Shown: positions 1-9,228 of the stretch, piece after piece
How positions within the stretch are numbered: position 1 is the first letter of the stretch
How the letters are laid out: each line of letters starts with the position of its first letter
Source of the DNA: Desulfovibrio sp.
GTDB taxonomy: Bacteria; Desulfobacterota; Desulfovibrionia; Desulfovibrionales; Desulfovibrionaceae
Length of the DNA: 64,000 nucleotides
Direction: 5' to 3'
NCBI GenBank assembly: GCA_031276485.1
Contig: JAISMY010000105.1
Coordinates: forward strand, 11,378 to 75,377
Notes under the pieces: generated by a model
Database searches by the model: none
What the model was told of the DNA's origin: nothing
The model's input: only the letters and a program-made list of their open reading frames with translations
Translations under genes and position numbers: made by a program

Positions 1-927
1 GCACCACGGCAGGTCCGGGTCGGTCCAGACGGCGGGGGCGTCGTAGACTGTTTCAATGTGAGCAAGGGACCCGACTGTTTCCGCGATGCGGCGCACAAGG
101 TCGGCGTGCTCCGCTCCCGGCACCGTGCGCATATCCAGAGTCAGCTCGGCCTTGTCCGGGATGGAGTTGGAATTCAGGCCGGCATGCAGGGAAGTCAGGG
201 CGGCGGTAGCGTCGCCCAGCAGGCTGTGCGAGGCATCGGGACGAAAGTCCGCGAGACGCGCGGCAACGCGCAGCATGGTGAGCAGGGCGTTGTCGCCTTT
301 CTCGGGCGTGGAGGCGTGCGCGGCGCGTCCCGCCGTGCGCAGGGTCAGCCACAGCGCGCCCTTGTGGCCGGACAGGGGCATGAGGGAGCTCGGCTCGGCG
401 ACGATGCCCGCGCCGGGTTTGCCGAACAGTTCCGCGCGCCGCGCCGCGTGCCGCGAGCCGTAGCAGCCGCCCTCCTCGCCGCCGTAAATGTGCAGCACAA
501 GATCCCGTTTCCGGCCGCCTGCGCCGCTTTCAAGGGCAAAGTCGAGGGCGGCGCGGACCAGGGCGGCTACGCCTCCCTTCATGTCGCAGGCCCCGCGGCC
601 GTAAAGACGCCCGTCTTCGATGACGCCTCCCAACGGGTCATGCCGCCAAACGGCGTTGCCGAAAGGCACGGTGTCAATGTGCCCGCCCAGATACAGCGAA
701 GGCTTTTCATCCTCCGGACGCAGGCGGGCTATGAGCGAAGCGCGCTGCGGGCGGGCTTCGTCATAAGTATCGAGTGAGCAGGTGAAACCCGCGTCCTCCA
801 GCGGGTCTGCCAGGTATTCCAGAACCGTCCGTTCATTTTCGCCGGAAACGGTGCAAAAGCGCACCAGTTCCTGCGCCAGGCCGGCAACATCAGGCAATTT
901 TTTTGTTTTGCTTAAAACATTGGGCAT
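1..927 (-). CDS. M20 family metallopeptidase (ArgE/DapE-like), runs off the left edge of the window
   Basis: Not in the ORF track because it has no stop in the window. Manual translation from ATG 927 (RBS GGAGAG): MPNVLSKTKKLPDVAGLAQELVRF...LYLGGHIDTVPFG...GRLYGRGACDMKGG, which are M20 metal-binding motifs. Confidence 0.88.
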   Translation of the reverse strand, partial: MPNVLSKTKKLPDVAGLAQELVRFCTVSGENERTVLEYLADPLEDAGFTCSLDTYDEARPQRASLIARLRPEDEKPSLYLGGHIDTVPFGNAVWRHDPLGGVIEDGRLYGRGACDMKGGVAALVRAALDFALESGAGGRKRDLVLHIYGGEEGGCYGSRHAARRAELFGKPGAGIVAEPSSLMPLSGHKGALWLTLRTAGRAAHASTPEKGDNALLTMLRVAARLADFRPDASHSLLGDATAALTSLHAGLNSNSIPDKAELTLDMRTVPGAEHADLVRRIAETVGSLAHIETVYDAPAVWTDPDLPWC

Positions 928-998
928 TGTTTTCTCTCCGGGGATATGCGGATCAGGTTTATGAACCGCGGTTGCGGGGCCGCAGACCCGGCCCGCGT

Positions 999-2156
999 TC
1001 ATCGCCTGTCAAACCCCGTCGACACGAGAACGAAGCCCAGGGCGGCGCAGACGGCTGCTGCCCAGAAGACGGAAGCGCAGCCGAAAGCGGGGACGAGGAG
1101 TCCGGTCAGGGGTCCGGTGGCGGCGTAGGAAATATCCTGGAAGGCGGTGAAGCAGCCGAGGGCCGTGCCGCGCACTTCGTTGGGCAGGCGGCGCAGCAGG
1201 GCCACGGCCAGAGCGGGGAAGACCAGGGAGCAGCCGAAGCCGACCAGGGAGACGCCGATAAAGGACGCAGCGGGGAAGGGCAGCGCGGCCACCATGACCA
1301 ATCCGGCCAGTTCCAGGGAGAAGGCGCACGCGGCGGCCTTTTTTTCACCTGTTGCGGAGTGGAAGCCTCCGCAGAAAATGCGCCCGGCGACGAAAGCGAA
1401 TCCGAAGCAGCTCAGGGCAAATGCGGCGTGGTCCCAGTCCCGGGAGGCGAAATACAGGCTGATGAAGGCGCTGACCACGGTGTTGCCCACGCCGTTCAGG
1501 GCCAGGCAGATGCCGGAGCGCGCGACTTGCCGGAGGATGCCTGCTGTGGTTGTGCCTTCGGCCTGCCGCAGCGCGGGCGTTTCGCGCATGGGGCGGACGG
1601 ACAGGGCGGACAGCACGGGCAGCAGGCAGCAGGCCAGGCCGAGGAGGACGAGTCCCCCGGCTTTCCATAGGACGAGGCCGAGGGGGGAACCGAAGCCGAT
1701 GCCCGCGTACATGGCCACGCCGCTCCAGGCCACTACGGCGGCGGCGTGGGGCGGGCCGAGCAGCCCCAGACCCCAGGCGATGGATCCGGTGCCGACCATG
1801 CTGTGGCCGATGCCGAGGCTGAAACGGCTTGCTGTAATCAGGGGGAGCTTAAGAATCTCCGGGCACAGGTTCCAGGCGGCCGGAATATACGGCAATCCGG
1901 AGCAGCCCATGAGGAGAAAGCCGATGTGTACGGTGTGCCGCGCTCCCCAGATATCCGCCAGACGGCCGGCGCGGGCGCGGAAGAGCACGGCGGCGAGAAA
2001 ATGCGCGCCTACGCAGGCTCCGACGACAACGGCGCCGTAGCCCAGCGTATCGTGCACATACAGCGGAAGCACAGGCAGGGGCAGACCCACGACCAGGAAA
2101 CTGAGGAAAGCTCCCAGGTTGAGGCGCGCGAAAATATTTCTTTCCGAGCGGTTCAT
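999..2156 (-). CDS. MFS transporter (YhhS/YfcJ-like)
   Basis: About 12 hydrophobic segments; MFS motif A-like AGRLADIWGAR; start set at MNRSERN. Confidence 0.85.
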   Translation of the reverse strand: MNRSERNIFARLNLGAFLSFLVVGLPLPVLPLYVHDTLGYGAVVVGACVGAHFLAAVLFRARAGRLADIWGARHTVHIGFLLMGCSGLPYIPAAWNLCPEILKLPLITASRFSLGIGHSMVGTGSIAWGLGLLGPPHAAAVVAWSGVAMYAGIGFGSPLGLVLWKAGGLVLLGLACCLLPVLSALSVRPMRETPALRQAEGTTTAGILRQVARSGICLALNGVGNTVVSAFISLYFASRDWDHAAFALSCFGFAFVAGRIFCGGFHSATGEKKAAACAFSLELAGLVMVAALPFPAASFIGVSLVGFGCSLVFPALAVALLRRLPNEVRGTALGCFTAFQDISYAATGPLTGLLVPAFGCASVFWAAAVCAALGFVLVSTGFDRR

Positions 2157-2271
2157 AGGAATTACGACGCATTCCGCAGAAATAAGTAATGTCGTGCGGA
2201 AGACGCGTAAAACTACTGCATTCCGGGCCGTAACGCCACCGCTTTTTCCCGGCGAACGCCGGGGGTTTGTC

Positions 2272-2300
2272 TTGACACGGCCGCCGCAGGACGCTATACA
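2272..2300 (+). promoter_or_regulatory. sigma70-type promoter for ilvB
   Basis: TTGACA-17 nt-TATACA. Confidence 0.55.
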
Positions 2301-2411
2301 TGATCTGCAGGAAGGGCAATCCCCTTTGTATTGACAGGTGTTTGCGCCCCGGCAGGACTGCCGTCCTGCCGGGGCGGTTTTTCTCCGACAACCACACAAG
2401 GGACATTGAGC

Positions 2412-4103
2412 ATGACCGGTGCGAAAATTTTGTTGGAGTCGCTCGCCCGGGAAGGTGTGCGCATTATTTTCGGTTTTCCCGGCGGTGCATTGTATGACGT
2501 TTACGACGAGCTTGCGCGTTCAGACATACGCCACGTCCTGACGAGACACGAGCAGGGCGCGGTGCATGCTGCAGACGGCTACGCCAGGGCCTCGGGGTCC
2601 GCGGGGGTCTGTCTGGTGACCTCCGGCCCCGGCGCTACGAACACCGTGACGGGCATAGCCACGGCCTGCGCGGACTCCACGCCGCTGGTCGTACTCACCG
2701 GGCAGGTCACCACCGGGCTTATAGGCAACGACGCCTTTCAGGAAGTGGACATACTCGGCATTACCCGCCCCTGTACCAAGCATAACTTCCTGGTGCGCGA
2801 CACCGGAAAAATAACGGATACCATCCGCAAGGCCTTTTTTCTGGCCCGCTCCGGCAGGCCCGGCCCGGTCCTGGTGGACCTGCCGCGCGACGTGCTGCGC
2901 GACCCCGGCAAATTCGTATGGCCGGAAAGCGTTGAGATGCGCTCCTACCGTCCCAATTACAGTCCGAACATCCAGCAGCTCCAGCGCGCCGCGGACCTGA
3001 TTCACAAGGCGGAAAAGCCGCTGTTCATCATCGGCGGCGGCATCGTTTCCAGCGGGGCGTCGGAAATACTCACGCAGTTCGCGCGGGAGCTTTCCATACC
3101 CGTGGTATCGACGTTTATGGGGCTTTCCGGCTTTCCGGGGGATGATCCCCTCCGGCTCGGCTTCATCGGCATGCACGGGTTTCCCGCGGCCAACAGGGCG
3201 GCGGGTGAAGCCGACGTGATTATCGCCGCCGGCACCCGTTTTGCCGACCGTTCCACCAGCGAAATAGAAAAGTTCGCGAACAAGGCGAAAATAATCCATA
3301 TCGACATAGACCCGACATCCATACGCAAAAACATCCCCGTGCAGGTGCCCATAGTGGCCGACTGCAAGCGCGCGCTGGAAGACCTGCGCGCGCTCATCGC
3401 CCGCAAGTACGGCGCCGACCGGAAGACCGACCGTTCGGCATGGCTCGCCTACCTGGAAGAACTCAAGGAACGGCACCGTCCCGTCTACACGGATGACGGC
3501 GAAAGCGACGGCGCGATCAAGCCGCAGCGGGTCATCGAAACGCTGTTCAGCCTGACCGGCGGGAACGCGATCATCACCACGGACGTGGGTCAGCACCAGA
3601 TGTGGAGCGCGCAATTTTTCTGCTACACGCGCCCGCGCAGTTTCCTGTCCTCGGGAGGGCTGGGCACCATGGGTTTCGGCCTGCCCGCCGCCGTGGGCGC
3701 GCAACTCGCGAAGCCGGACAGCCTGGTCGTCAACATCTCCGGAGACGGTTCTTTCCAGATGAACATGCAGGAGTTGGGCACGGTTATGGAAAACCGCCTG
3801 CCGATCAAGATACTCATGATCAACAACCGCTCGCTGGGTATGGTCCGACAGTGGCAGGAGCTGTTTTACAACAGGAACTACATGGCGACGGTGGACAATT
3901 TCCAGCCTGATTTTTCAGTGCTGGCTGCCGCTTACGGCATGAAAAGCTACAGGATTTCCAGGCCTGAAACGCTGCGCCCGAACCTTGAGCAAGCTCTGGC
4001 CGAACCCGGTCCGGCGCTCGTTGAAGTGGAGGCGGCGCAGGAAGAAAATGTTTCTCCCCTGGTGCCTCCCGGCGCGGCCCTGCATGAAATGATGCTGATG
4101 TAA
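2412..4103 (+). CDS. ilvB: acetolactate synthase large subunit, biosynthetic type
   Basis: MTGAKILLESL, FGFPGGA, RHEQGAVHAADGYAR, TPP motif GDGSFQMN...NN. Confidence 0.95.
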   Translation: MTGAKILLESLAREGVRIIFGFPGGALYDVYDELARSDIRHVLTRHEQGAVHAADGYARASGSAGVCLVTSGPGATNTVTGIATACADSTPLVVLTGQVTTGLIGNDAFQEVDILGITRPCTKHNFLVRDTGKITDTIRKAFFLARSGRPGPVLVDLPRDVLRDPGKFVWPESVEMRSYRPNYSPNIQQLQRAADLIHKAEKPLFIIGGGIVSSGASEILTQFARELSIPVVSTFMGLSGFPGDDPLRLGFIGMHGFPAANRAAGEADVIIAAGTRFADRSTSEIEKFANKAKIIHIDIDPTSIRKNIPVQVPIVADCKRALEDLRALIARKYGADRKTDRSAWLAYLEELKERHRPVYTDDGESDGAIKPQRVIETLFSLTGGNAIITTDVGQHQMWSAQFFCYTRPRSFLSSGGLGTMGFGLPAAVGAQLAKPDSLVVNISGDGSFQMNMQELGTVMENRLPIKILMINNRSLGMVRQWQELFYNRNYMATVDNFQPDFSVLAAAYGMKSYRISRPETLRPNLEQALAEPGPALVEVEAAQEENVSPLVPPGAALHEMMLM

Positions 4104-4126
4104 CGCGCCGGCGCATTTAACGCTTC

Positions 4127-4269
4127 ATAGCAGTTTGCTTTCAGCAGAAAGCAAACCGGTATGGCGGAGGCGAAGCCGCCGTCCGCAACTTTTTGAAAAA
4201 TCAGGCTTTGCCTGTTTTTCAAAAACTTCGGCGTCTTGCATTCAAACTCGTTTGAATGCAACTTGCTAT
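4127..4269 (+). mobile_element. MITE-like repeat family E, complete copy (143 bp)
   Basis: Imperfect TIR ATAGCAGTTTGC...GCAACTTGCTAT with internal hairpins; reverse-orientation homologues at 30772-30914 and 62531-62584. Confidence 0.75.
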
Positions 4270-4321
4270 CAAACAGTTCGCTTACGGCAGGCTTTGTCTG
4301 CCTGTTCCTGTTTTGCGGCAG

Positions 4322-4340
4322 GGATTTGCGCCGCAAATCC
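4322..4340. terminator. hairpin between convergent ilvB and gltB
   Basis: GGATTTGCG-C-CGCAAATCC perfect inverted repeat. Confidence 0.4.
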
Positions 4341-4368
4341 CCGCGGAGCGTTTCAAGCATGAAAGGCC

Positions 4369-7300
4369 CTAGACCGGGCCGGCTTCCCGGCGCGGCGTGG
4401 CGGCGTCGGCCTGCGACATTTCGCCCAGCACCCGGCGGTATTCCATGGGGAAGACCTTGACGAAGCGTCCTTTTTCCGTGTGCCAGTCATTGAGCAGGTT
4501 CCGCGCCGGCGGGCTGCCCGTATAGGCGGCGTGGCGTTCGACAAGAGCCCGCAGGTTCGCTTCGTCGGAGGGGGAAAGCAGGTCCAGGTCCACCATTTCC
4601 AGGTTGCAGCGGCTGTCGAAAAGCCCGTCCTGGTCGTAGACATAGGCCAGTCCGCCGGACATGCCCGCGGCGAAATTGACGCCCGTCAGCCCGAGTACGG
4701 CGACAATGCCGCCGGTCATGTATTCGCAGCCGTGATCGCCGACGCCTTCAACCACGGCGACGGCCCCGCTGTTGCGCACGGCGAAACGTTCGCCCGCCCG
4801 CCCGCGCAGGAACAGCTCGCCGCCCGTCGCGCCGTACAGGACGACGTTGCCTGCGATAATGTTGCGGTGGGACGCAAAGGAAGGCGCGACGTTTTCCGGC
4901 AGGGTGATGATGATGCGGCCGCCGGAAAGCCCTTTGCCCACATAGTCGTTGGCTTCCCCGCGCAGACGCAGGGTCACGCCTTTGGCGGCAAAGGCCCCGA
5001 AGGATTGTCCGGCCGAGCCTTCCAGGTTCAGAACGACGCTGTCGTCGGGCAATCCCGCCGCTCCGTGCATCCGGACGATGCGCGAGGAGATCTTGGCGCC
5101 GACGGTGCGGTCGGTGTTGCGCACGGAGCGCGTAAGCTCCAGACGGGTGCCTGCGCTGAACGTCGCGCCCGGCATGGACAAAATCTCGTCGTCAAGCCCC
5201 TTGCCCGCCGGCGCGACGGCGTGGGCCGGACGGGTGCAGCGCAGGACATCCGAACCTGTGCCGCGCAGCAACCCGGAAAAATCAAGGTGCCGGGTCCAGG
5301 GCAGATCAGGGTCCGCCTGGAGGCGCAGACGTTCCACGCGGCCGGTCATCTCGTCAAGGCTCCTGAAACCGAGTTCGGCCGCGATTTCCCGCACTTCCGA
5401 GGCCACAAAGCGGAAGAAGGCGATGACGTGTTCCGGTTTGCCGGCGAAGCGGGCGCGCATGGCCGGGTCCTGGGTGGTCACTCCGACCGGGCAACCGTTG
5501 GTGTGGCATTTGCGCATCATGATGCAGCCCATGCTCACCAGCACGGCCGTGGCAAAACCGAACTCGTCGGCGCCCAGCAGGCAGGCGACGGCCACATCGC
5601 GCCCGGTTTTCATCTGTCCGTCCGCCTGCAGGCGGACTCTGCCGCGCAGGTTGTTGAGCACAAGCGTTTGCTGCGTTTCGGACAGACCGAGTTCCCAGGG
5701 ACAGCCGGCGTACATGATTGAGGACAGGGGGGCGGCCCCGGTGCCGCCGTCGAAACCGGAGATAAGGACGGTGTCGGCCATGCCTTTGGCGGCGCCCGCG
5801 GCTATGGTGCCCACGCCGGTTTCGGAAACCAGTTTGACGGAAACCCGCGCCGCGTCGTTGGCCTGACGCAGATCGTATATGAGCTGGGCAATGTCTTCTA
5901 TGGAATAGATGTCATGGTGCGGCGGCGGGGAAATCAGGCTGACGCCCGGCGTGGCATTGCGTACCCTGGCTATCTCGCCGTTCACCTTGTGCCCCGGCAG
6001 ATGCCCGCCTTCACCGGGTTTGGCGCCCTGGGCGATCTTGATCTGCAGTTCGTCGGCATTGACCAGGTATTCCAAGGTAACGCCGAAACGGCCGCTGGCC
6101 ACCTGTTTGACGGCGGAACGCGCCGAACGGCCGTCGGGAAGGGGCTTATAGCGGGCGCTGTCTTCGCCGCCTTCCCCGCTGTTGGAACGCGCGCCGATGC
6201 TGTTCATGGCCAGGGCCATGGTTTCATGCGCTTCCTTGGATAAAGAGCCGAAGGACATGGCCCCGGTCACGAAACGGCGCATGATGTTTTCCACAGGTTC
6301 CACCTCATCCGGGGGCAGGGGAGGACGGGCGGGGTCGGGGACGAAGCGCAGCAGGTGACGCAGGGTAAACGGTTGTCCGGGCGGGGAGTTTATCAGGGCG
6401 GCGTAGGCCTTGTAGGCGTCGCGGTCGTCGGCGCGTACGGCGCGCCGGAGCAGGGTTATGCTTTCCGGGGTCCAGAGGTGCCCCTCCCCGTCACGGCGGT
6501 AGCGGTACGCGCCGCCGACGGGCAGGACGCTTTCCGGTTTGTCGGGGGCGGCATCGTCGCCGCCGGGCACATCAAAGGCCGGGGACGCGGCCCCTTCCCT
6601 GTCCTGTATCTCAACGGCGGCATCGCGCCTGCGCAGGGCGTCACGTTCAATATGGTCCAGTCCCACGCCGCCGACGCGCGAGGAAACAAAGGGGAAATAG
6701 GTATTGACCAGGGCGTCGCCCAATCCGACGGCTTCAAATATACAGGCCCCCCGGTAACTGCGCAGGGTGGAGATGCCCATTTTCGATATGATTTTACGCA
6801 GGGCGGCGCACAGGGCATTGACGTAGTTTTCGACGGCTCCGGCGGGGGTCAGGCCGGGCAGGGCGCCGCGCGCGGCCATGGTGCCGACGCTTTCAAAGGC
6901 CAGCCAGGGGTTGACCGCCGATGCGCCGAGGCCCAGCAGCATGGCCATGTGCGTGCCTTCACGGGCTTCGCCGCTTTCACAGATCAGGCCGACCCGCACG
7001 CTGCCGCTCGCGCGCAGGGCGCGGGTCGCGGCGGCCGCGGCCAGCATGGCGGGCATGGGCGGATGGGCGGCATCGGCCTTGCGGTCGGACAGCACAATGA
7101 TGCCGGCCCCTTCCCGTACGGCCTCGGCGCATTCCCGCTCCAGGCGGCCCAGGGCGTCGGCCAGGGCCAGGCCGGGCTTTTTGCCGGGGTCGGGGGTGAA
7201 CAGGCTTTCCACGGTGCGGCAGGCGAAGCCCTCCGTGCGCTGTTCGCGCAAACGGCGCAAATCGCCGTTGGACAACACGGGGTAACGCAGTTTGATCAGG

Positions 7301-8955
7301 CGGGCCTGACGCGGTTCCTCGGCCAGAATATTGGGCCGGTAGCCGATAAAGGTCATCTGGGACATGACCAGGGCTTCACGGATCGGATCAATGGGCGGGT
7401 TGGTGATTTGCGCGAACTGCTGGCGAAAATAGGAAAACAGGGAGCGGGGGCGTTTGTCCAGCACGGAAAGGGGGATGTCCGCGCCCATGGAGCCGACGGG
7501 TTCCATGCCTTTTTCAGCCATGGGACCCAGGAGTATGTCCGGATCGTCGCGGTCGTAGCCGAAAAGGCTTTGCAGGAAGGCCAGACCGCGGACGCTCCGG
7601 GTGAACTCGGTGTCCACGGTGAAAAAGCCGGGGATGTCCACGCGATTTTCCTGCACCCAGCGGCGGTAGGGCTGCCGCCGGGCCAGACGCCCTTTAAGTT
7701 CCACGTTTTCAATCATCCGGCCGGATACGAGGTCGGCCAGGAGCATTTGGCCGGGGCGCAAGGCGCCCTTCATCACCACCCGCTCCGGGGGAATATCCAG
7801 CACTCCGGCTTCCGAAGCCAGCACCAGCAGGCCGTCGTCGGTCCGGACATAGCGGGCCGGTCGCAGGCCGTTGCGGTCCAGGCAGGCCCCCACCCGGAAA
7901 CCGTCGGTGAACACCACGGCGGCCGGGCCGTCCCAAGGTTCCATGAGACCGGCATGAAACTCGAAAAAGCCGCGCAGATCCGGCCCCATGGGGTATTTGT
8001 CTCCCCAGGCCTGGGGAATGAGCATGGCCATGGCGTGCTCGGGCGCGCGTCCGCCGCGCATGAGCAATTCCAGGGCGTTGTCCAGGTTCGCGGAATCGCT
8101 GGCCTCGGCGTCGATGAGCGGAAACAGTTTTTCGATGTCCCGGCCGAACAGGGGCGAGTCAAGGCCCGGCTCCCGCGCCGTCAGCCAGTTGCGGTTGCCG
8201 CGTATGGTGTTGATTTCGCCGTTGTGGGCCAGGCAGCGGAAGGGGTGAGCCAGCCGCCAGGAGGGAAAGGTGTTGGTGCTGTAGCGCTGGTGCATGACGG
8301 CAAAGGGCGAGACAACGCTTTCGTCGGCGAGGTCCGGGTAAAAGCCGGGCATCTGGCCTGCAAGCATCATACCTTTGTAGACGACTACGCGCGCGGAGAG
8401 GCCGGCGAGGTAAAAGTCGTCGGCGCCGAACCCGTCGCGGGCGGCCGCGCGTTCAATGCATTTGCGCAGCACATAGAGGCTGCGTTCGAGGGCGTCCGGG
8501 TCGTCGGCCGGGCCGCCGGTCACGACGAACTGCATGATGGTCGGCCGGCTTGCCCGCGCCGTCTGGCCCAAAACAGAAGGATCCACGGGCACGGCGCGCC
8601 ATGCGGCTATGCGCCGGCCTTCGGCCGTGGCCGTCATTTCCGCGAGTTTCCGGCAACGGGCCGCGCCTGCCTCGTCGCGGGGCAAAAAAGCCGTGCCCAG
8701 GCCGTAACGGCCTTCGGCAGGCAGTTCACAGTCCAGTCGCTTGCGGAAAAAGGCATCGGGTATCCTGAAAAGAATGCCCGCGCCGTCGCCGGAATCGGCA
8801 TCCGCCCCCGCGGCGCCCCGGTGCGTCAGGTTGCGCAGGGCTGCTATGCTCATGGATACGATATCGTGGCCGGCTTCGCCGTTCAGGCGGCAGACAAAAC
8901 CCACTCCGCAGGCGTCATGCTCGCGCCCCGGATCGTAAAGGCCGATCTTCTGCAT
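4369..8955 (-). CDS. gltB: glutamate synthase large subunit
   Basis: HDACGVGF (catalytic Cys), HQRYSTNTFPSW, IKIAQGAKPGEGG, 3Fe-4S motif CIMMRKCHTNGC, C-terminal GXGXG repeats. Confidence 0.97.
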   Translation of the reverse strand: MQKIGLYDPGREHDACGVGFVCRLNGEAGHDIVSMSIAALRNLTHRGAAGADADSGDGAGILFRIPDAFFRKRLDCELPAEGRYGLGTAFLPRDEAGAARCRKLAEMTATAEGRRIAAWRAVPVDPSVLGQTARASRPTIMQFVVTGGPADDPDALERSLYVLRKCIERAAARDGFGADDFYLAGLSARVVVYKGMMLAGQMPGFYPDLADESVVSPFAVMHQRYSTNTFPSWRLAHPFRCLAHNGEINTIRGNRNWLTAREPGLDSPLFGRDIEKLFPLIDAEASDSANLDNALELLMRGGRAPEHAMAMLIPQAWGDKYPMGPDLRGFFEFHAGLMEPWDGPAAVVFTDGFRVGACLDRNGLRPARYVRTDDGLLVLASEAGVLDIPPERVVMKGALRPGQMLLADLVSGRMIENVELKGRLARRQPYRRWVQENRVDIPGFFTVDTEFTRSVRGLAFLQSLFGYDRDDPDILLGPMAEKGMEPVGSMGADIPLSVLDKRPRSLFSYFRQQFAQITNPPIDPIREALVMSQMTFIGYRPNILAEEPRQARLIKLRYPVLSNGDLRRLREQRTEGFACRTVESLFTPDPGKKPGLALADALGRLERECAEAVREGAGIIVLSDRKADAAHPPMPAMLAAAAATRALRASGSVRVGLICESGEAREGTHMAMLLGLGASAVNPWLAFESVGTMAARGALPGLTPAGAVENYVNALCAALRKIISKMGISTLRSYRGACIFEAVGLGDALVNTYFPFVSSRVGGVGLDHIERDALRRRDAAVEIQDREGAASPAFDVPGGDDAAPDKPESVLPVGGAYRYRRDGEGHLWTPESITLLRRAVRADDRDAYKAYAALINSPPGQPFTLRHLLRFVPDPARPPLPPDEVEPVENIMRRFVTGAMSFGSLSKEAHETMALAMNSIGARSNSGEGGEDSARYKPLPDGRSARSAVKQVASGRFGVTLEYLVNADELQIKIAQGAKPGEGGHLPGHKVNGEIARVRNATPGVSLISPPPHHDIYSIEDIAQLIYDLRQANDAARVSVKLVSETGVGTIAAGAAKGMADTVLISGFDGGTGAAPLSSIMYAGCPWELGLSETQQTLVLNNLRGRVRLQADGQMKTGRDVAVACLLGADEFGFATAVLVSMGCIMMRKCHTNGCPVGVTTQDPAMRARFAGKPEHVIAFFRFVASEVREIAAELGFRSLDEMTGRVERLRLQADPDLPWTRHLDFSGLLRGTGSDVLRCTRPAHAVAPAGKGLDDEILSMPGATFSAGTRLELTRSVRNTDRTVGAKISSRIVRMHGAAGLPDDSVVLNLEGSAGQSFGAFAAKGVTLRLRGEANDYVGKGLSGGRIIITLPENVAPSFASHRNIIAGNVVLYGATGGELFLRGRAGERFAVRNSGAVAVVEGVGDHGCEYMTGGIVAVLGLTGVNFAAGMSGGLAYVYDQDGLFDSRCNLEMVDLDLLSPSDEANLRALVERHAAYTGSPPARNLLNDWHTEKGRFVKVFPMEYRRVLGEMSQADAATPRREAGPV

Positions 8956-9002
8956 GCAGAAACCTCTCGGACAACGCTCAATTTTCTTGGGGAAACGCTG
9001 CT

Positions 9003-9110
9003 TATACCAGGTTGCATGGGAATAATTCCCCATGCCGGGGTCCGGGGGTAATCAGCAGCCTTACGCCTGCCCAGGCCGACCCCGGTGGGGTTTGGGGCGG
9101 AGCCTCAATA
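9003..9110 (+). repeat. degenerate palindromic/MITE-like element in the gltB leader
   Basis: Starts TATACCAGGTTGCA (E-type end) and contains GC hairpins CCGGGGTC...GACCCCGG and GGGGCGGAGCCTC. Confidence 0.4.
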
Positions 9111-9126
9111 AATCCGTGCTTCCCTA

Positions 9127-9155
9127 GTGCTATACGCGCCGCGCGGGCTTGTCAA
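9127..9155 (-). promoter_or_regulatory. possible sigma70 promoter for gltB
   Basis: TTGACA followed 15-17 nt later by TATAGC/TAGCAC on the minus strand. Confidence 0.4.
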
Positions 9156-9228
9156 CAACGGCGCCGCGCGGCGGCGCGACAGGCTTCAGCACGAACCCCG
9201 CCCGGCGCGCAGGAGTCGATGTACGGCC

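Noticed and set aside
58-777. 239-aa plus-strand ORF
   Set aside because: Antisense shadow of the minus-strand M20 peptidase (1-927), which carries the real motifs.
3947-4460. Small ORFs across the ilvB-gltB spacer
   Set aside because: They are translations of the family E repeat and overlap real genes.
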